Shown here piece by piece: positions 58,509 to 64,000 of a stretch of 64,000 nucleotides of DNA; position 1 is the stretch's first letter; the number at the start of each line of letters is the position of its first letter. The notes below the pieces were generated by a model that was not told the DNA's origin, did not search any database, and saw only the letters and a program-made list of their open reading frames with translations. The stretch covers positions 2,294,001 through 2,358,000 of the forward strand of contig CP075495.1 in the NCBI GenBank assembly GCA_021613535.1, read 5' to 3'. A program made the translations under genes and the position numbers. This stretch comes from Adineta vaga. Its lineage: Eukaryota > Animalia > Rotifera.

Positions 58509-59081
58509 ATGTCGTCATCAATAATGCTTGTTAGCATAATTCTTCTCGGTTTTCTTTCACCAGTTATACTCTCAAAAGATTTAAAGAAAGTTTATCAAGA
58601 TCAAATTGAAAAAGAATTTTTTGCTTCCAATGTTTATTTAACATTTGCGTATAAATTGGCTAGACAAGGTATTTATCATGGTTTTGCCAATTTTTTCTTT
58701 GAATCAGCTGAAGAAGAACGAGAACATGGTAAAAAATTTATCGATTTTTATAACGTACGCAATCAAGATTTAGCCCTTCAATCAATTACTATTAATAAAA
58801 CAATAGGAAAAATTGCAGATCTTGGTGCAATGTTAAAAGGAGCTAAACTTTTGGAAGATGACGTATTTACGAATATGCGTGAACTACGTAACTATGCATC
58901 GACGGCTGGACATTATGAAACTGTACATTTCATTGAAAAAGTCATGCTTGAAGAGCAAACAACAGCAGTAAAACAAATGCATGATATAGTTCAACGTCTC
59001 GATCGTAATAAACAAAATCCAACAATTTTATTACAAATGATGGATCAAGATTTACGAAAAAAACAAGTGAAAAAACCATAA
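58509..59081 (+). CDS. Ferritin with signal peptide (secreted type), intronless
   Basis: Hydrophobic leader; QIEKEFFASNVY, GFANFFFESAEEEREHG, LLEDDV, LEEQ motifs. Confidence 0.92.
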   Translation: MSSSIMLVSIILLGFLSPVILSKDLKKVYQDQIEKEFFASNVYLTFAYKLARQGIYHGFANFFFESAEEEREHGKKFIDFYNVRNQDLALQSITINKTIGKIADLGAMLKGAKLLEDDVFTNMRELRNYASTAGHYETVHFIEKVMLEEQTTAVKQMHDIVQRLDRNKQNPTILLQMMDQDLRKKQVKKP

Positions 59082-59615
59082 GAAAATTTCATTTTAGTTT
59101 TCTTTCTTTTTTGTTTTCTTTAATCTTTACTTTCAGTAATAAAACCTTGTATAACAAAGAAAAGAAAAGAAGAGAAAAAGAGATTTCACCGAATAATACT
59201 ACTATGTACAAGTGTTAATCTAACCAAGAAGAATGTATGAAAAGAAATAAGACGATCGAATACTGTATTGTCAAATGTATGTAGGAGGTTGCAATAGATA
59301 AGAATACGAGCATTGGATAGTAAACCGAACATCTAACCATGAGATATTTTGATCTGCGACTGGTATACGTACGGTTGGGTTTGTCACATTAATGAAATTA
59401 TAGAGTTATGAAAGGTCTTCAATGATAGATTTAGATGCTTGATGATATAACATAATAACGTCGAATTATTTCAGTCATTAAGACAAGTTATTTTCCTAGG
59501 TTGACTTGACTATTAGAAGTGTACCAGTATAACAAACAATAGATATCAAAAGGTACGTGTAAAATCGATTTCCAAACTAAAATATACTATTTAACTTCAT
59601 TTTTCTAGTGTTATC

Positions 59616-62171
59616 ATGTCCGATAACTATGCACTATTTATAATTACTATACCAAATGATTCTGATGCCGATAATTTAATGACTACAACAAAAGATACAC
59701 TTAGTATAAGTAAACCTCAATCCCGACGAGTGAGTTTTATCATATCATATACAATTCTATTTCGTATCTCTTTTCTTTTCAATTCATAGGCATCTGTTGA
59801 TACAGTCTCAGCATTGATGGTACCGGCTGCTATACCTCTTGCTATACAACCTACATTGACATCATTAGTTGAACGTAAAAGTGAACATGATATATCATTG
59901 ACTCTTCAACGAACATTTCCAATAGCAATATGTCCACTATTGAAAAATTATCTTGCCGAAAGAAATGAGTTCGATCCAGTATGGATACTTTCGGAAAATA
60001 AAAAAACTTTTCAAATAACATTTTATGTGGAATTTGGTTTTGTTAGTGATCGTATATTACATGATTTAGCTAAATTAGGTATTGGAAAACGACATGGTAC
60101 AAAAATTTTTGTTCTTCCGACGACAGTAATTTTCAAAGGACACGATGATCATGAAAATAATAATGATAGAAATGATTCCCATTCTTCATCACTCAATTCA
60201 ATTGAAGATGCACATCATACACTTGCTGATAAGTCATCACTAAATAAAAATGAAGATAATATTACATCGAATGATAATATTTTATCACGAAAAGTTCCTA
60301 AACGTATTCGTAAATCAAATTTTAAGAAAAGTGTACGAGCTCGACTTATGGTTCATCAAGTAGTTGCAAGTATTCGTGCATCATCGGCAATTACATTTGA
60401 TTTTCTTCTTCTTATTTGTCTTGCTTCAATGTTAGCAGCATTTGGTCTATTAGAAAATTCGACAGTTATTATTGTTGCTAGTATGCTCGTTAGTCCGTTA
60501 ATGAATCCAATATTAGGAATTGTATTTGGTTTATCAGTTCGTGACAATTCATTATGGCAACGTGGTCTTCGAAATGAAATTATCGGATTGATAGTTTGCA
60601 TAACTTGTGGATTTCTGCTTGGGTAATATTAGCTCGAATGACAAAAAACAAAAGTTCGTTTGTTTATTTCTTTGTTTACGATAGATTATTTACGACGTAT
60701 TTTGAAACTAAATGGGGTAGTTCATCAAGTTTTCCCACATCTGAAATGAAATCACGTGGCGATGGCAAACGACTATGGGTTGGCATACTGATTGCTTTGC
60801 CAAGTGGAGCTGGTGTAGCACTTTCTGTTCTTGGTGGAAATACCGGTAAAATTATTTGATTGAATTTGATAAACAAACAATTTGTCTTGATCTTTGTTTA
60901 CTTAGGTTCACTTGTTGGCGTAGCTATTTCAGGTAGATCAATTTCAGTCATTAAATTGTTAGTAATCTTGAAATTTTCTTTTAGCTTCTCTTCTTCCACC
61001 GGCTGTCAATTGTGGATTACTTTTTGCTTATTCATTACTCGGTAAAATTTTCTCAGATTTAGTTGCTGTTCAATCTTTACCTCTGAATGATACACATGGA
61101 TACTTCTCTTCATCATTAAATTGTCCTAAATATTATCAGAATGATTATCATCCACTTTATACATGTAATCTTGCTAATGAAACAGCAATATTAGCTTGTT
61201 GTAGTTTATTATTAACTATTGTTAATATCGTATGTATTATAATTATGGCATTAATTATTTTACGTATAAAAGAAGTTGTTCCTTTAAATCAAACCAATAA
61301 AGATATTGCTGATTTCTTTCATCATGATGTTCCTGTTGCACGTGATTATAATAAAACTATACATGAAGGTGATTTTGATTTAGAAGCTTTATCGGCAACA
61401 ACAACAACAACAACAACACCAATTCATCGTAATCCTCTTGCACGAACAATTGTTGATCGATGGAAATCATTGAAACATTCGACATCATCTCGTCATCATC
61501 AACAATCAAAACACGCTTCATCAATATCAATCAATCTTGATTTAGAATCCACTAATCATATGAATGATCTAGAATCACGACGAAAATTATTTCATTTACA
61601 AACATTTTTGAAAGAATATGATTTAGATATATTGAATACAGATGATTATGAACTAGTTAGTAATGATAGTCGAGAAAAAGTTCGGCGTCTTGTCAGAGAT
61701 TTAATTGATACATATCAAGAAATACCATTGGTATTCGTTGAACACTATCGTCTTCAACCATTTGGTACACAAACAGCATCAACAGCTAAAGAACAATTAT
61801 CATTTTATCAAGAAATTATTGAAAATTTACCACCAAAATGGCATCAAATGTATGTTTATGAACGACAGCGACGTCTTATGACAGCATGGCCATTACCATT
61901 TGATCAATCCTTTTCTGAACGTCCACGACCATTAGAAAAATATGCTCATTCAACATCCGATCCCACAAATCGAAATCATCATGAATCATTAAAGAAACAA
62001 AGTCGAAAATCTCGATTACGTTTTGCTCGACAAAATTCTGATCCAGAATCAAATATTTCATCACAAGAAACTCGACAAGTTGCTGAACAACCTATTATAG
62101 GTACACGTTTTCGTATTGCTAAACCAATTATCACTTCTCAAATGCATGGCAATGAATCAAAACTTATCTAA
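59616..62171 (+). CDS. DUF389 domain membrane protein
   Basis: SVRARLMVHQVV, LAAFGLLENS..VASMLVSPLMNPI, IALPSGAGVALS, SLVGVAISASLLPPAVNCG. Confidence 0.88.
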
Positions 62172-62345
62172 TATAAATTCTCGTTTATAGCAATGTAATA
62201 TTCTATTTGAATAAATAACTGATTTGTACTGACCTCTATCATATCTAGTAATTTGTTGGTTACATAGTTTAACTTAGTAGTTGACATCCAATATCTGAAT
62301 CTGAATGTCTATTTCATTTCTTATTACAAAGAGATAAAACATTTT

Positions 62346-63291
62346 ATGTCATCAACACGTATGAGATCATCAACTCTCGATCGTTCATTACAAAAAACCA
62401 AAGGCGATGTAAACTTTCAAGAAATTTTCTATTCAGAATAAGAATTACGTTTTCGCCTCTTGTTATTACAGGTGAATCTAAGTACATTTGCTCTACTGTT
62501 CTCGGAAATGGTACAATATTCACAAAATCGTGCGGATAGTATACAAGATCTTCAGAATAAGTAAGATTTCTTTTTCCAAATAAAATTCATGCATAGAAAA
62601 TGTATATATGATATAGATTGGCTGATTTCGGTAAACATGTTGGTGTACGTATACTTGATTTATTCTTTTTACGTAATGGAAAAGATAAACGAGAAGTACG
62701 TCTTACTGCAATGCTTGTATTTATTCAAAAACCATTTTGGAAAGTAAGATATTCGTTACTCATGATGAACGATAGAAGATATCTTTTTTTCTGCATCGAC
62801 TAGTTTTTATTCAATCGTGAAGCTGATCATCTTGAACAACATGCACAGGAAACAAAGATTTGTAAGTTCGTTGTAAAGAAAAAACAAGAAACTTCAAACA
62901 GTTATTCTATATTTGTTACTAATACATTTTCTAGATTACATTATCGAACGTGAATGTTTAGTTAATAAATTTATATCTGTTCCAAAAGATAAGGGTAAAA
63001 AATAGTCTCGAATATGAAATTAAGAAAAATATTCAATCTTGTTTTTTTCTCGTTATTAGGCACTTTAAATTGTGCATCATTTGTCGCTGGTATAGTGGAA
63101 GGTATTCTCTGTACTAGTGGTTTCGTATGTAGTTCTTGATTGTTGGACATTTCTGAGAGAAATAATTATGTTTCATTTTTAAATTTTAGACATGTAAAGT
63201 TCTTGCACATCAAGGACAACGTGGTACGACGTATGTCATTGAGTTTGCTCAATCAGTTATGGATCGTGAAACTCGATTAGATGCCAAATAA
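62346..63291 (+). CDS. TRAPPC5: TRAPP complex subunit 5
   Basis: LDRSL..|VNLSTFALLFSEMVQYSQNR, LADFGKHVG, KREVRL, LVNKFISVPK, LNCASFVAGIVEG, GTTYVIEF. Confidence 0.93.
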
Positions 63292-64000
63292 AGACGTTTT
63301 TTTTCTTTTAAAAGGAGAGAAAATACAATATTTTCATTCCGATGATGTTTAAATAAATTAAACTTCTTTGTATACGTGTGTGTTTGTAATTAAAATGATT
63401 ATTTTTTCTTTTGTAGATCTTAAATTGATAAATATCATTAACATCGATGAGAAATAAATAGAAAAGGATAAAATTTCCAATAAACATAGCATTAATTCAA
63501 AAAAGATTTATTACTGTTTTAAAATTTTTCATTTTATTATTATTCTTCATTTGAATTTATCAAGATAATAACTATAACAATTAATCTCATACTAAAGTAG
63601 TATTGTTTTCATATTTATCATGAAAATAAATACGTTTAGTATTTCATTATTCAAGTATATACTTGTTCATTGTACAAAACAATGGATACTGATCAGTGAA
63701 TGAAATTATATCATGCAAGAATATGAATTGAAGTTATTGTAAACTTCTTCACTTTTGTTTTCAATGTTAAGTATCTGTCAAAATTGAAAGTATATCTTCT
63801 GTAACAGAAAGAAAAAAAGAAATAACTACAATAATCGTTCATAAGACACTTGGGATTAATAGATAAATTCTTTTCCGTTCACTTATCAAATGTAATACAT
63901 TGATAAATTCTCTCATGAGAAAAAGAAAATATTCGTTTCGATTAATCCAAATCAGATTTGTCACATCAAAGACAGTATTCGCGCGTGCATATGTCGATGT

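Overview
AT-rich, extremely gene-dense animal genomic DNA with many ~45-65 nt GT-AG introns. Composition, intron size and gene families (FG-GAP repeat and F-box/LRR genes, solo DED) suggest a bdelloid rotifer; this is inferred, not proven. The first ~5.5 kb is an accessory zone with a degenerating FG-GAP gene, an F-box/LRR pseudogene and transposon scraps. The rest holds about 25 mostly conserved genes: DED protein, RMC1, SRRD, cornichon, ERO1, TAB1, DGK-epsilon, SLC17, an orphan, ST13/Hip, a divergent Lpd-like flavoprotein, eIF4A, PLAA, CCM2, MCMDC2, a PKD2-like channel, TRAPPC2L, Chibby, RTEL1, a TLDc protein, KIDINS220, DDX3, a secreted ferritin, a DUF389 protein and TRAPPC5. Main observations: (1) a compound minus-strand unit cornichon-RMC1-DED with SRRD nested on the same strand in RMC1 intron 1 and a candidate box C/D RNA in the last RMC1 intron; (2) co-oriented gene runs 110-175 nt apart with unpaired splice acceptors just before the ATG, as expected for SL trans-spliced operons; (3) an H/ACA snoRNA and two alternative first exons in eIF4A; (4) the meiotic recombination gene MCMDC2, intact except for one acceptor lacking AG; (5) a bacterial-style Lpd-like protein missing one redox Cys. 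Exon boundaries were read by eye and homologies recognised from memory; no searches were run.
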